Origin: Haliotis cracherodii
Taxonomy: Eukaryota
Direction: 5' to 3'
Assembly (NCBI RefSeq): GCF_022045235.1
Contig: NW_027266343.1
Location: 30,442,001-30,506,000 of the forward strand
DNA: 64,000 nucleotides
Position 1 is the first letter of the stretch; each line of letters starts with the position of its first letter. Both the position numbers and the translations under genes were made by a program. The notes below the pieces were generated by a model. The model was not told the DNA's origin, did not search any database, and was given only the letters and a program-made list of their open reading frames with translations. Shown in pieces: positions 26,151 to 40,700 of this stretch.

Positions 26151-27295
26151 GTTACATGTTTTAGTCATCACTGATCAACTGGCTGATCATTGAAAGGTGA
26201 TTAAAGATGTGTCAAATAGACACTGAGGTAAATTCATTGATTGCTGTAGACTTTCAGCCTAGACATAGATCGAGTTGACACTGCGATAGTTTGGTAGTGC
26301 ATTTCTTCGTTTGTTCATTAGGAGGGGTCGTAGCAAGGATGTTCTCTGACATTTCTCAATGTATACTGAAATGCTGAGTTCAAGATTAAAGGGTCTCAAT
26401 GTTCAGAAAGAACGCTTCTGTATGTATTCGTGCTAGGGAATTTCCCGGGTTTTCCCCAAGAATGTGGAATTAGTCTGTCGATGTTTACGTCATTTCAAGA
26501 GCAAGATCTCGTGAAAAAACGTATGAACGTCAAATTGTGTCGTTCATACACTTATCAATGCTTATGAATGACAATTTTGCGGTCATGTGACCGACCTCTC
26601 GTCCAATGGAAAAGCTGTTCATCGTGTAAACTTCAAATTAAAAAATTATGTTAAATGGAACATGTTTTCATTGTCTGCCCCAGTGGCTTACTCAGTCAGT
26701 GGGAAAACTGTGGATTACAAAACTTTACACGATATGTGAGGTTGCAGATTCGATTCATGTCATGGCATTTTCATGTGAAAAAACTGTGACTTTTAACTGA
26801 TCAAAAATGAATATTGTGTTCATGTCAAGAGGCAGGTTAAACAAATGTCAATTGTAAAACCAATGTAATACAATTGAAATGTAAAACCTCAAAACAGGCT
26901 TCGAAGTGACCCATTTCAAAACCTAGGTTTGGAATATGAACAGGTAATGAATACAAGGTTTGCCCGAGCTTGTCAGGAACCCAATGCAACATACCGTATA
27001 TGACCGCGTATAAGCCGAATTTTGAGGACCAGAAAAAAGATTCTGTAGAAAGGGGTCGGCTTATCTACGGGATACACGTTCATGATAGTATTTTTCAGAT
27101 CGTGACGGTCCGATAGATCACAACTTCCCGAAAGTTTGGAAGTTGCCACGACTAGAGCCATTATTGTTATAGATTATCAATAAAGTTATTATTATACACC
27201 AATGTTGTCATTATTAAGGTGAACACAGTGATAGGCTTATAATTACTGATCAAAGGCTGGCTTCACCTATTCATAAACTCTACCACACTCCATTT

Positions 27296-27445
27296 TTGTT
27301 TGTATAACAATATTTCAGGGCTTCTCTGTGCTCCCTCATCAGATGTATGATGAAGTGCAAGATTCACATGTTGGAGGGGAAGAATTAGGCTGAAATGTCG
27401 TTACAAACAATGAAGTAGTTGTGGGCCATAAATGTTTCATGTTAT
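27296..27445. mobile_element. Penelope-like pLTR remnant with a minimal hammerhead motif on the minus strand
   Basis: Minus strand reads CTGATGA-GGG...CCCT-GAAA-TATT (27342 to 27309); inverted partner ctgaaatgtcgttacaaacaa at about 27390. Confidence 0.5.
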
Positions 27446-28591
27446 CACACCCTGTACCTAGTACGGAGCAGACTGTGGTCCCATGGAAATGTTCAATGGT
27501 CCATTAGACTGGGAGGGGATCACCATCCTTGCTTTATGATAGCCAGGGTATTATGTCTCCATTCTATAATGATGAATACCCAGGAACCATTTGCTACCAT
27601 AGCGTCATTTCGGTAGTGATGCTGTGTCTCTTATCACAAACTGAGCACATCCTCTGCTTGAAGTCAACAACCAACTAAAATGACTTTTCTGAATGAGGCA
27701 TAGATCTAATTATAAGTTTCAAGTCGTACTATGAAGCGTATCCAGTTATGAATACACAATGCCATTTAGAAAGTGGTCAAATGTAACAAATCTGATATTT
27801 GGGATAACGCTTTCTCAGTCAAGTACAATTCTAGTCCCATCCATTTTTGGAACCCACACTGACTATCAGAGTGAGGCACCTAATCATCAGCACACCAAGT
27901 CAGTGATCTAACCCAATCAGCCACTGAAGCTTCCACAAAAATGGAAGTCTGACAACTGGTTGTCTAGACCACATACTTTCTGTACCCCTCTGTCAAGTGT
28001 AAATTGGCACGGCTCCCATGGCTGAAAGCTATGAATACCCAGTGCAATTTAAAAAGTGGTCAAGTGTAACAAAAGCTACCGGTATAATTAGGTTAATCCT
28101 GGATGGGACTCAACCCTCCAAAATACTAGAAGCTGTGCTTTACTAAGAGCATTTATTACATGTCCAGTTGTATTTAAGATGGGATGAAACCAAGCTTTTC
28201 AAGTACTGTGGATATCACTGGAAAAGACATTCATTTGATTGGATGAATATGTTTAGCATCATGTCTTCGAATCAAATTCAAAGCGAAACTTAATGGTGAA
28301 TGGATCCAGGATATTTGTCAAAATAGAATGTACATATATAATACAGTTGAAAACCAAAGATGGAAGGATGAGCAATTGCATTAACATGATTAAAGCAGAT
28401 GTTTTAGTCGAATACGAGACCTTGGGGTGTGAAAATCAGAAATTGGGCTTTTACCGTCAGATAACTCCCTTGCCTCGGGAAGATGGGGGAAACTATGGCT
28501 ATCAACACTCATTTTTTTCAGAGTACTATGTTTATGGAAATTTTATGATTTCCCCATAACCCAGCATTACTCAGTACTTTTTTTTTTTCAG

Positions 28592-28713
28592 AGAGCTGTT
28601 TCGCCGCCCTGCCTCGCACGGAGAGGGGTCGTCCAATAGTTATGGGTAAAGATCCCAAGGGAAAGAACTTCCTCTATTGTCACGGCACCAATGTTTACAT
28701 TCGTGATATCGAG
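28592..28713 (+). CDS. WDR1: WDR1 coding exon 2
   Basis: ttttcag|AG AGC TGT TTC encodes SCFAALPRTERGRPIVMGKDPKGKNFLYCHGTNVYIRDIE; donor gtaagt. Confidence 0.92.
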
Positions 28714-31700
28714 GTAAGTGAGTCGTATTTGAAGAATATGTATGAATGTCTGTTCTTTGGAAATACATTTTAATGACAGGTTAAGATTATACTGTTGATA
28801 TGTAACATATACGCTGTAATAAATGCCTTGGGCACTTAAAAAATCGTCCAAGGGTGGGCTTATTAGAACCATACAGAACAAGTTATATTTTTTTGTGAGA
28901 GATTGGGCAGTAGTGAATAAACTTATACAGTAATATGGTAGAATTCTACCTTAGCAGATTTTGTTACATGATTCTTTTCCATGGCATATGAACAATTTAA
29001 CCAAAAAATGAAACTAATGGAAGGGAGACATGTTTTTGGTTAGGTTCTCGTTGGCGTTGACTCGCCATTCCCATCCTGTTCAGAGACATAACTTGAAAAC
29101 TGTTCAATATTTTTCAACGAAACTTGGCATATGCAAGTGATGGTGGCTTTAGCTCTATAAATGTTTTCAAAATTTTATTTTTTTATGTTTACATAGAAAC
29201 TATTTGGACTTAAGTCTCACTCAAACAACTCTAGGCTTTGTTTCCAAGGCATAACTCTCAAAGTGAGGAACTCGTTTGCACGAAACTCTGCAATGACAAT
29301 ATGTTTTCATGGTGTGTTTTTTTTCACGGGGAACCAAACTATTCCAACACAAATATCGATATTGAAACTGTATATTTTTAGTTATAAAAAAAACCCATAA
29401 GAAATTATGAAATCGTACTTCATAAAAAAGAAGTAATAGAGAAATGGATGGCCCTATCTAACCTATAACTTAATCCTTAGATTCAAACATTCTCCTGAAT
29501 GTGTAAGTTTAATTTGACTAATATTGCACCATTATTAATGGAACACTAGCCTTATCGTCAAATGTAATGAAATACAAAAAAAATAACACCGTTCTATTTG
29601 ACGCCGTGGCTGGTTTTATGTCTTTGATAACGTCGGAGAAAGACGACACTGGTATTTTGATTCATATATATCTCCCCTAATTTTCGTTCATGGTATGGAA
29701 AATCTCGATGTGTAAAACAGAATTTGATATTTTTTCGACACAACATAAAATGACTGCTTTCACCAAGTAAATAATATATTTGATATATAAACAATTAGAT
29801 AGTTTATCGTGTATCTTAATTGGACAAGACACGCACCTGTTTAGCATCAATTTACATAATGAAATACCCAAAAGAATATTTCAAAACAACCCAAATTATA
29901 TTCAATATTGGACATATATTTGTTCATTATTATGTTATTATTCGTTCATACATGTTGTGACCTATATTTACACATGATATCATTTTGAACATTGACAAAT
30001 ATCCAAAGTGAAATTAATTGTGTGAAAAAATGTATAAAAGAATTGCAAAATCTACATGATCATGATGATAACTGACACTGTAAACAGTATGATACAATGA
30101 TCATGTGCACTCTCATTCAAGGACCTTTACCTCAAAGAAATTACCAAATTTGTACAATGTTGATGTATGACATCACTTCTGGTGACCAAAACGGGGTGTT
30201 CACTGTCAACAGTACGCAGGATTTTGTTGATTCAGTACATACAGAGATGTGACATGTAAATAATCAGAAACATTCTGACAATCTATGTACAGTTATTTGT
30301 TGTTATATTTTTCATTGAAACCAACAGAAATAGTCAGCAATTCCGATAAATACCGTTGTCGTTGTGCGTAATTTTGCGTCAGTCATGGCGTCACACTGGG
30401 CGGTAACTCTGACAGTTTCTGTTGAAAATATCAAATCATTGCAATGTATCTTTTTTAAAGTCCCTAATTTTTCCTACGATTCTCTTCCCATGCATATTCT
30501 GAAAAGGTTGAACCAATATCTTGAACGAATAGACAAATGAATAGCTCAAAATAGGAGAAAATGCTACACTGTGTAAAATCTGAATTTTGCTTTGTTTATA
30601 TTTCAAACAAGTGCAGTTTTTCGAGCACATCGTTTGTTTCCCCACTCACTTATTTTGCTTGATTTCATCGGTGACAAAGACCATTAGTCATTTGATTCTA
30701 AAATGTATGAGGAATTCAAGGATGTATGTATCGCAGCTAAGTTTGAAATATATGTGATGTTACAGGCGTCTCATGATTTTGTAAACATGGTAAACACTAT
30801 CCAATATGGCGGCAAGTTCACTTCGGCGTTCGTGTTTGTGTATTTTCCAAAAGATTCTAAACAATCTTAGGGTTATCGGCGACGTTTTGGTTATGATGAT
30901 TGTTTATTTAAAAAATGGCGACATTTTCAGAGGTCATTTTCAGTACTTTTGCTTGGCCTAAAATGCCAGTTGATGATATCACAGAACAGGGAATTTCCCA
31001 TCTTATTCAAAACTGTGAAGTGTATCTGTGCGGGTGATGTATTTTGAATTTTATTCAACTTCAAAGTGAGGGTTGTAGGGGAGGGACATATATGTCCCTG
31101 TGGCATCCAGGGGGTTAAAGAGATGCGCCGAAGCCTGAGAAACATCTGCTTTTGAATATAGCCTTATTGGTGCCCATAACATACCCACAGCTCCAGATAA
31201 GTTGCGTATCTGCGTAAAATATGCATCAGAAATGCAGAAATATGCAGTAAAATAAAAACAAAGCGTATCAAATACGCAACGAACATCACAGATACGCTAC
31301 AAAAATTAAACTTGTGCGTATCATCAAAATATTGTGAAGTAACCCTGCGTATTCGATTAGCAAATCAGCAACTTATTTTGAAATGATTAACGGGCAATCC
31401 GTCAACCTTGCCAAACTCCACGATGACAGTTACATCATGATCATTTGCCATCACACTTTCTTGTGGAAGTATTGTGGTATTTTTGAGTCCAAAAAAGCTC
31501 TCGAACCTACACAACACCAGTTTGCAGGGACAAGATGAATTGTGATTTTAAATATTTAACTTAAATACCCACATGTGGTAAAACTAATGGGTAACAGAAA
31601 TTTGAATACTCAGGTAGAATTACTGATACCCACTGATTTTAAAATGCATGGGTAAAATACCCACAACACCAAAATCTTATCTGGAGCTCTGCATACCCAC

Positions 31701-34700
31701 AGGGTATGATGATAGACATGGTGTCCAGGGGCTGTGATTACCACCAGGAACAGTGGGAACATTCTTCATCAACTCCTGTGGGTCCTTAACCAGATGATAA
31801 GGCTTTTGAAGTTAGGATGAAACGATCAGTGCACTGATGCATTGTAAATTTTCTTGCGTCAACACTGTAATTTTTTACTGTATTGATACAAGACAATACA
31901 CTTGCTAAAATATGATTACTACTGCTTAAAAATTTTGTAATTCGCATTTCAAGTTCACGACTAAAAACAGCCTCTAGGAACATGTGCCAACAGCTATACT
32001 TTTCCATTTGAATCTGCTCTGAAATATTTATTGTCAATTAGTTTCAACTCGATATCATAGGAACATGTTTATCACAATATGTATCGTATCACAAACTATG
32101 TATTGTGTACCTATTCTATCGTGACATTCCTGTATCGTTTCACCCCTCTTATACAGAGGAAGTGCTAGACTAAGATCAGATAAGATCAGTTGTTTTAATT
32201 ATAGTTATATAAATATAATAAAAAGGAGCTGAAAGACTCTTTTCATTTTCAGATACACAACATTGAAAGGAATTTTGAATAATATTAATGAAATAAGTTA
32301 CAAACATAAGTCCAAATATACAATGAACACTTTTTATAACCAGAGAGTGTAGTTACAAGATTACATTGTGTACTCCAGTATGGATTTGTTGACATTCTAT
32401 TTCCGGTGTTGCGTGCTCACAGCAATGTCTTTGCATTGGGGGAATAAAACATCAAAACTCATTATGGTGTGTGTAATGTGCACCACCTTCTACACAGCTT
32501 CGGTTTTTGTGTGGAAAAAGTGTGCACTATACTCAAGAAAATACTGTACTGCAGTAATCTAGACTTGCCAAATATTATAGACTTGCAAGGGCTGTATTGG
32601 AAATATTTGTTTCAGGGTCTGTATGACTTGTTATGGCCTTGCAGGTGGAGCTAGTTAGAGGGCCACTATTATTGTGTTTTCAGCGTCGATCTATGGTACC
32701 TGGAGATTTGACAATGCTTATTTGAGTTTGGAACTAAATGTGCATGTGTACATGTAGTTAATCAAAATCATGCTAATGATTATCATACCCCCGACCTAAA
32801 GGGGTGGGGGTATATACTTATATCAAGGAATTCCGTCCTTCTGTCCGTCGTTCCGTACTTCCAAGGACATTTTTGTGTGCGACCTATAAGTTGAAAACTG
32901 CTGCTTAGATTCTTTTCAAACTTGGCGAAGACTTTCTCTACCAATAGGAGAGGTGCAGTGCAAAGTTTTATTCTAAGAATTGGATTTTCTAAGAAAATAT
33001 TCCTTTTTTTCATGTTCTGAACTTGGAAAATGTTGAGGTCGGGGGTATGAGTGAGCCCTGCTCACTTTTTGCCTTGTTATGATTTGAAACCTTTGATTGA
33101 CAATTTGGTATTTTCCAAAGTCATGGTAGAATTTCACTGCGATTTTCAACCTTGATTCTTGACCACACCCTATCTTTCTCCTAGAACCCAGCCATAGTGG
33201 ACATCTACTCTGAACATGCGAGGGAGACCACCGTAGCAAAGTACTCCCCCAGTGGGTTCTACATCGCATCAGCAGGTACGTACAGCACAGGATGTCTCAT
33301 TACATCAATCTCTGTCACGCTGTCCTCTAACTCGGGGCACCCGAGTGTGCAAAATAGCCACCTGCCCGTTAGCCTGTGGCTAGCAATATTTTGGTTGAGC
33401 TATATGATCATGATAATGAATGATTGTAAAATGGCCCTTGACAACCTTGTAAGAACAACTACCCACACCATCAACCTTGTAAGAACATCTACCCACACCA
33501 TCAACCTTGTAAGAACAAGTACCCACACCATCAACCTTGTAAGAACAATTACCTACACCATCAACCTTGTAAGAACAACTACCTACACCATCCACCCTGT
33601 AAGAACAACTACCTACACCATCAACCTTGTAAGAACAATTACCCACACCATCAACCTTGTAAGAACAACTACACATACCATCAACCCTGTTAGAACAACT
33701 ACCAACACCATCAACCCTGTAAGAACAACTACACATACCATCAACCCTGTAAGAACAACTACCCACACCATCAACCTTGTAAGAACAATTACCCACACCA
33801 TCAACCTTGTAAGAACAATTACCCACACCATCAGCCCTGTAAGAACAACTACCCACACCATCAACCTTGTAAGAACAACTACCTACACCATCAACCTTGT
33901 AAGAACAACTACCCACACCATCAACCCTGTAAGAACAATTACCCACACCATCAACCCTGTAAGAACAAGTACCCACACCATCAACCTTGTAAGAACAACT
34001 ACCCACACCATCAACCCTGTAAGAACAATTACCCACACCATCAACCCTGTAAGAACAACTACCCACACCACCAACCTTGTAAGAACAATTACCCACACCA
34101 TCAACCTTGTAAGAACAATTACCTACACCATCAACCCTGTAAGAACAACTACCCACACCATCAACCCTGTAAGAACAACTACCCACACCATCAACCTTGT
34201 AAGAACAATTACCTACACCATCAACCTTGTAAGAACAATTACCTACACCATCAACCTTGTAAGAACAATTACCTACACCATCAACCTTGTAAGAACAACT
34301 ACCTACACCATCAACCTTGTAAGAACAACTACCCACACCATCAACCCTGTAAGAACAACTACCCACACCATCAACCCTGTAAGAACAATTACCCACACCA
34401 TCAACCCTGTAAGAACAATTACCCACACCATCAACCTTGTAAGAACAATTACCCACACCATCAACCTTGTAAGAACAATTACCCACACCATCAACCCTGT
34501 AAGAACAACTACCCACACCATCAACCTTGTAAGAACAACTACCCACACCATCAACCTTGTAAGAACAACTACCCACACCATCAACCCTGTAAGAACAACT
34601 ACCTACACCATCAACCCTGTAAGAACAACTACCTACACCATCAACCCTGTAAGAACAACTACCCACACCATCAACCTTGTAAGAACAACTACTTACACCA

Positions 34701-37700
34701 TCAACCTTGTAAGAACAATTACCCACACCATCAGCCCTGTAAGAACATCTACCCACACCATCAACCCTGTAAGAACAACTACCCACACCATCAACCTTGT
34801 AAGAACAACTACTTACACCATCAACCTTGTAAGAACAATTACCTACACCATCAACCCTGTAAGAACAATCCAGACCATCAACCACCATCAATGTCTTTTA
34901 CACTGAAGTATATAATAAACATGCATTCCTTTCATGTGATTGAGTAAAAACTAAGCTTCAGTCAACTTCAGTGCATGCATGATCAGATCAGATTTTTTAT
35001 GTGTATCTAAATAGTTTTTGCCAGGGCTCTGGTAAAACAGTTCCAAATCAGAGATTTTGTACCCACCTCTCGAGACCAACTGAATGAACAGTGGGCACCC
35101 AGGTGGGGTCGGGTACTTGGGTAGCAGGGGTCCGGAAACCCTCTTATGCGCCGGACATGTCCGATTGGGAATCTCAAATGTCCGGTTTAAAATATTGCTT
35201 ACCGGACATTTAAATTTTTTCTGTCCGGACATTTTAAAAAGTATTGTCCAGACATTCTTAAATTTTGACCGGACATGATCAACAGTTAGGACTGAGCAAT
35301 TTCTGTCTGCAGTTGTAACACAATGAAGATTATCTACACTGACAAGCTTTGTTTGTTTTGATTGCTGTAAATACATCGTACCTAGAACATGTAGAATGAT
35401 AGTCCAATCGGTCAATCACTGTAATAGGCAATAAACTGAGTTGACACTGATTAATCGAGGATTTATTACTGAGAACATCTTGTTAATTTGAGTAAAATGT
35501 GTTTACAACTGTACATAAATACCTTGCATCATCGATGTACCTCATTATCCTCACAATGCTACGATACGTAACCTCAGACAAGAAGCAAAAGCGTGATGAC
35601 AGCCAGTCGACCGATGCAGATCAGTCGAGCGGATCTGCCAAACCCTCAAAGTCTGAATGATCATTTTGTAAGTCGTGGCTAACGACTTTCACTTGGTTGA
35701 CATACAATGAGGATTTGCAGATTTTATTGTTTTCAGTAGCTACTCGTATATTGAATCTTGATTGACCGCCATTTTGCTTTCTGTGACGATCGATATCAAA
35801 TTTTTTATGGTCAATGCTATCAACGATAGTTTAGGCTTTTGGATTATATTATCTGTCTTGTTTTTAAATAATCTTTAGTTTTAAACAAAAACTGTTCCCC
35901 TGAGGTCACGTGATAACCAAATATGGGATAATAATCTCGATCCAAATGTTACGACGCGTACACTTGAGCAGACTCATGAATATTAATTAGACCGTTCACA
36001 ACGTTGACAGATCGTTATTATAACAGAAACAAACGTATGTTTTCCATGTATATCTAAAATGATATTATTTGTTATTAATTGTCCGGTGAATTTTAAACAA
36101 TTTAAATTGAAACAATTCATAATTCATCATATTATGAATACGTAACAAATTGTAATTTGTGTGTAAAACGTCGTACTAAAACACGCTGTTTGAAGGGGGC
36201 GTGGCATAAATGAAAATGTCCGATTGGGATTTAAAATTTTCCGGGCCCCTGTCGGGTAGTAAATTTGGACTCGTCCCAGCCCTACACCAAACAATCTATC
36301 ACATGCTTTCTGTAGCTAGGTTATTCGGTGTTCTATTTGCAGACATCACTGGCAAGGTGAGGATTTGGGACACCGTGAACAAGACTCACATCCTGAAGAA
36401 TGAGTTCCATGTCCTTGGGGGCAAGATTAAAGACCTTGACTGGTCCCCAGACAACTCCAAGATCGTCTTAGTCGGAGCTGGCAAGGAAAAGTAAGAGCCT
36501 GTATCTTACACAGTTTCATATTATCGCAGTCTCTGTGTTATTGCGGTATCAGAAACTCGTCATGCACATCCCCTGTTGACTGTTTACAAATCTAAGCACG
36601 ATATTTCATGGCTTGATCATATAAAGGACTTGTTACGTAATGTCACAACTACTCGTAAGTAAACTTTTAACTTCCTGATAACAGTTTCTGGAATGTTTTT
36701 GAAGTGGCATTCCCCCTACCTCCATTCAGACTTGCCTGGAAAAGAACCCATTTGTTTGGATGATGTCCGTTGAACCAACCTAGGTCATATGCATGCTGAT
36801 TATGCATGATTCTTAACAGGAAGTGATGTAAAGCACATAATCCACACATATCACACCACAAAATAGTGATACTGCAATGATATAGAGTTGCCCCCCTTTG
36901 AGTCACTAATGGCGATAATTTGTTAACCGTTTTGCTGAAGAAAATCAGCATCGATCAATCCTTAATAATGTGTCATAAAAGTTGAACATACAACAAGAAA
37001 GAAATTTTGCGTGACACATTTAATAGGTTAGTACCGGGTATGTATACGCCATTATGAATCTGATTACTGCGATAATAAAGCATTCGATGCTACTGTGGAT
37101 TCGGGTATCATATACCACATAAACCATTGCTTAATCTCAATAGATTTTGTGTTCCTTGCATACGAGTATGAATGAGAAAAAATAGTATGACAAACACTGT
37201 GTAATTAATCAATGGAGACTTTTCAGCTTATGTACTCCAGTGATTCTTTTACATATCTTTATGTACCGATTGAATGCAGGTGTCATGTATGTACATGAAC
37301 GTCACTGCAGTGAATAATGCACAATAATGCACATCAACTGAGACAAGGCCAATTTTTGCTTGTATGACATGTGCCAGATGGCAGCACTTGAACAGATGAA
37401 GTTACAAAGTCACTTGAAGGATGATTTTAAGCAGAAACATTTTTTACTCTCTGGTTTGATAGAGTGGACCCAGGGGGGATACATATTGAATACACAAAAA
37501 AACTATCAGAACCCAGTGTGAGTTATAACAGTGATGATGGTGACCATGGTAACAATTCCAATTGCCCCATAACCATGGTAACAATTCCGGACAAAGTGAC
37601 AAAGGAATACTGTAAATCTTGAAATTAATGCGTCTCCAAATTGATACGACTGCTGTCCCCTAGCTAAAAATGGGACTCAAAATCAATGTGGCTCCCCCTA

Positions 37701-40700
37701 ACCCATGCCCCATGGAATGATACATATCCTTACAAGGTAGACACGATTTTATGGATAACAACAGAAGGATAATACTGTCACAACACGATGGACAGAGAAC
37801 ACATATGAATACACAATGCCATAGGTGGAAGCCAATGGGACATGAAGCCAATTAAACAGGATAAGTGATTATTGCTTGATGAGTTCATATTAGGCGGATG
37901 GGATGAAATAGCCTTGATCTCTGTTGATTGATGGCTTGTGGCGGTGAATGTGAACTGCTTCTGTTAGTTTTCTTTTAGTGATATCATGGAGGTTGTTGGA
38001 GAGGATTTGGGCGTTGTCCCAGTTGATGTTGTGATTAGGACAGTTGCTGATATGGTCCAAGATGGCTGATTTACTGTCTGATTTTCTGGTTGAGGTTCTC
38101 TTTGATTCTGGTGTTGATGGGAGGGGATGTTTACTTGGCTTCATGTCCCATTGGCTTCCACTTATGTGTTCTCTGTCCATCATGTTGTGACAGTATTATC
38201 CTTCTGTTTTCAACACTTACTCATGTTATCCCACTCATGTATGCAATTGTTAATCCTCCACCCACTATATATATTCTGTACTACTTGACAACGGTATAAG
38301 GATCTATACTAAAACGTCACTTTTTACAGTATCAAAGAAGTTGTTATCCATAAAATTGTGTCTACCTTGTCATCTGTCAACTTCTAAGTAGTGCCTATCA
38401 AACAATACATATCCTTACCTTAATCCATCCTATCCTTAATCCAATCAAACAGCAAATAGCACAGCTTATTAGTGAAAAGCACCGTAAAAAAAACAGTGTT
38501 TTCCTAAAACATGTAAAAACAACACCCAGTTTATATGTGTATTGTGTTGAGTGGCATTAAGGAAGTTCAAGGACAATAAAATAATTAAACCAACAACAGT
38601 TCACTGATTGGAGTGGTCAATGATGCCTAGTTGGACATGAGTGGGTAGAACTCTTGACCCCAGCAGTGATAACTCACCGGATGCCTATTGTGTAATTCCT
38701 ATTCTTTAAATGACTTTGTAATGTATTTGTTACAACTGCTGCTCAATAAACCGTGTTTGTGTTAATATTCATGTTGGTTTGTCTGCTATCCAAAGTGTGC
38801 AGTGAGGCTGTCTTATTGTTGATATAAATTTTGGAGACATGAATTCGAAGAATCATTAATGCCAACAAAGACCACCGCATTTAATTCACGCTTGCGTTAA
38901 TTTCAAGATTTACAGTATATTTGTCACTCACTAAACTGAAGCTATCTTCATGCGAAAGTAGTTGCTCTTTTGTATTTTTGTAAAGGTTTGTCTATGTTTG
39001 GTTGGACCATGATGAAAACGAATCTATCTGTTTGTATCGATGATCGCTGTGTTAAAGCCCATTCATTTCCTCAAGGTTCGGAGCATGCATTACATATGAC
39101 TCGGGGAACAATGTTGGAGAAATATCTGGCCACACGAAAGAGGCCAACTCGTGCTCCTACAAGCCGACACGCCCCTTCAGGATTGTGACAGCGTCTGAGG
39201 ATCAAACTGCCGTATTCCTGGAAGGACCTCCCTTCAAGTACACCAAGACTATCGGTGTAAGCACTTTCATCAATCTTAGTTGGTATTGTTAAATTGGCAG
39301 GTTGCATTAACCAGTTAACTGTGTTGAACTGTGAAAGAGTATGCTTGTCATGAAGAAGAATGTGATTTGATTGACCAAATGGGGACAATTTTACCTTATC
39401 CTGACTCCGACTAATGCATGATTCAGATCGTGATCAGTTCAATTAACCCCATGGGAAGGTCTTGTTAATCTTCATGGACATCAGTCTATAGTGGGGAACC
39501 ACCTCTGCACTTGTGAGAGTAGGAGAAAATCCAGAGATTTGTAAATGAGCATAGAATTATATTCCAGATTACGATTCTTGTGTTAAGAAAAGGTCATAAT
39601 ATTGACACAATCGTACTCACACATGTTCTGAATCACTCAGGGGAGCATGGGGTAGTTATGAATTGGGAACCTGATTGAAAATATGTTTTTTTAGGGTAAA
39701 AATATCATTAATACTCAAATGCTAAAGTGGCCATCCCGCCATCCCCGCTTCCTGTATATATTTTTTGGCTGTAAGGGTAAGCGTTATGAGAGAGTGACGA
39801 GTGTACCAGCTTGATCACATGCTTCCAGTGCGTCAGCGCGGCTGAGGGGTGTGTTCGGGTGAGATGTTTGTCTCTGTATTTGGGAACACAGCACAGGAGT
39901 TTCCACTATGAGTAAGATGAGATGAGCAATTAGTATGAGTCAGGATAAGTACCGTATTTTCTTGAGTATAGTGCACACTTTTTTTCGAAAAAACAGAGCT
40001 GTGTTGAAGGGGGTGCGCATTATACACGAATTATGAGTTTGGATGTTTTTTTCCCCCATGGAAAGACATTACCGTGAGCACGAAACGCCGGAAATACTGA
40101 AGTACGCAAAATAATTATATAATTACACTGTCTGTCTATAAAAAGTGTTCTTTGTATTTCTGGACTTATGTTTGTAACTTACTTTATTAATTTTATTCAA
40201 AATTCCTTATAATATTGTTTTTATTAATTTTGGCGAAATCGTGTGTGAAGCGATCGGAAGATCGCACAACTCACCGTTATTAACAGCAACCACGGTCAGA
40301 ATACCGCTATTGACGCCTTGAAACGAACTTTAGTTGACAGAGAATGGATACATATATCATAAATGACATACTTTGACTCGTTAAAAGTCATATTTGTTTT
40401 TGTTTGACGATTCTATGTCAACATGAAATTCTCGCGCTCACGTGATCCCGTGCGTGTGAGCCTTGACGGTGACTGGTCAGACATGTTCCATGTAAAAAAT
40501 AATACCCGGGAATAGCGATCAGCTGCTTCGCTTAGGGTTATTATTATTTTAAATATGTTTAGTAAAGGCTGCATATAATTAAGAAAATAATGGAATATAT
40601 TATTCCTGATAAATAAAATAGTTTCAGATACAATTGTTGCCGATCCTTGCATTAAAAATCCTATAAAGTTATTTCATTGGGTGTGTCTTGACCGAATCAC

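Noticed and set aside
33197-34906. 569-aa and 503-aa ORFs on opposite strands
   Set aside because: Artefacts of a stop-free 30-bp minisatellite in WDR1 intron 3; only 33185-33275 is a true exon.
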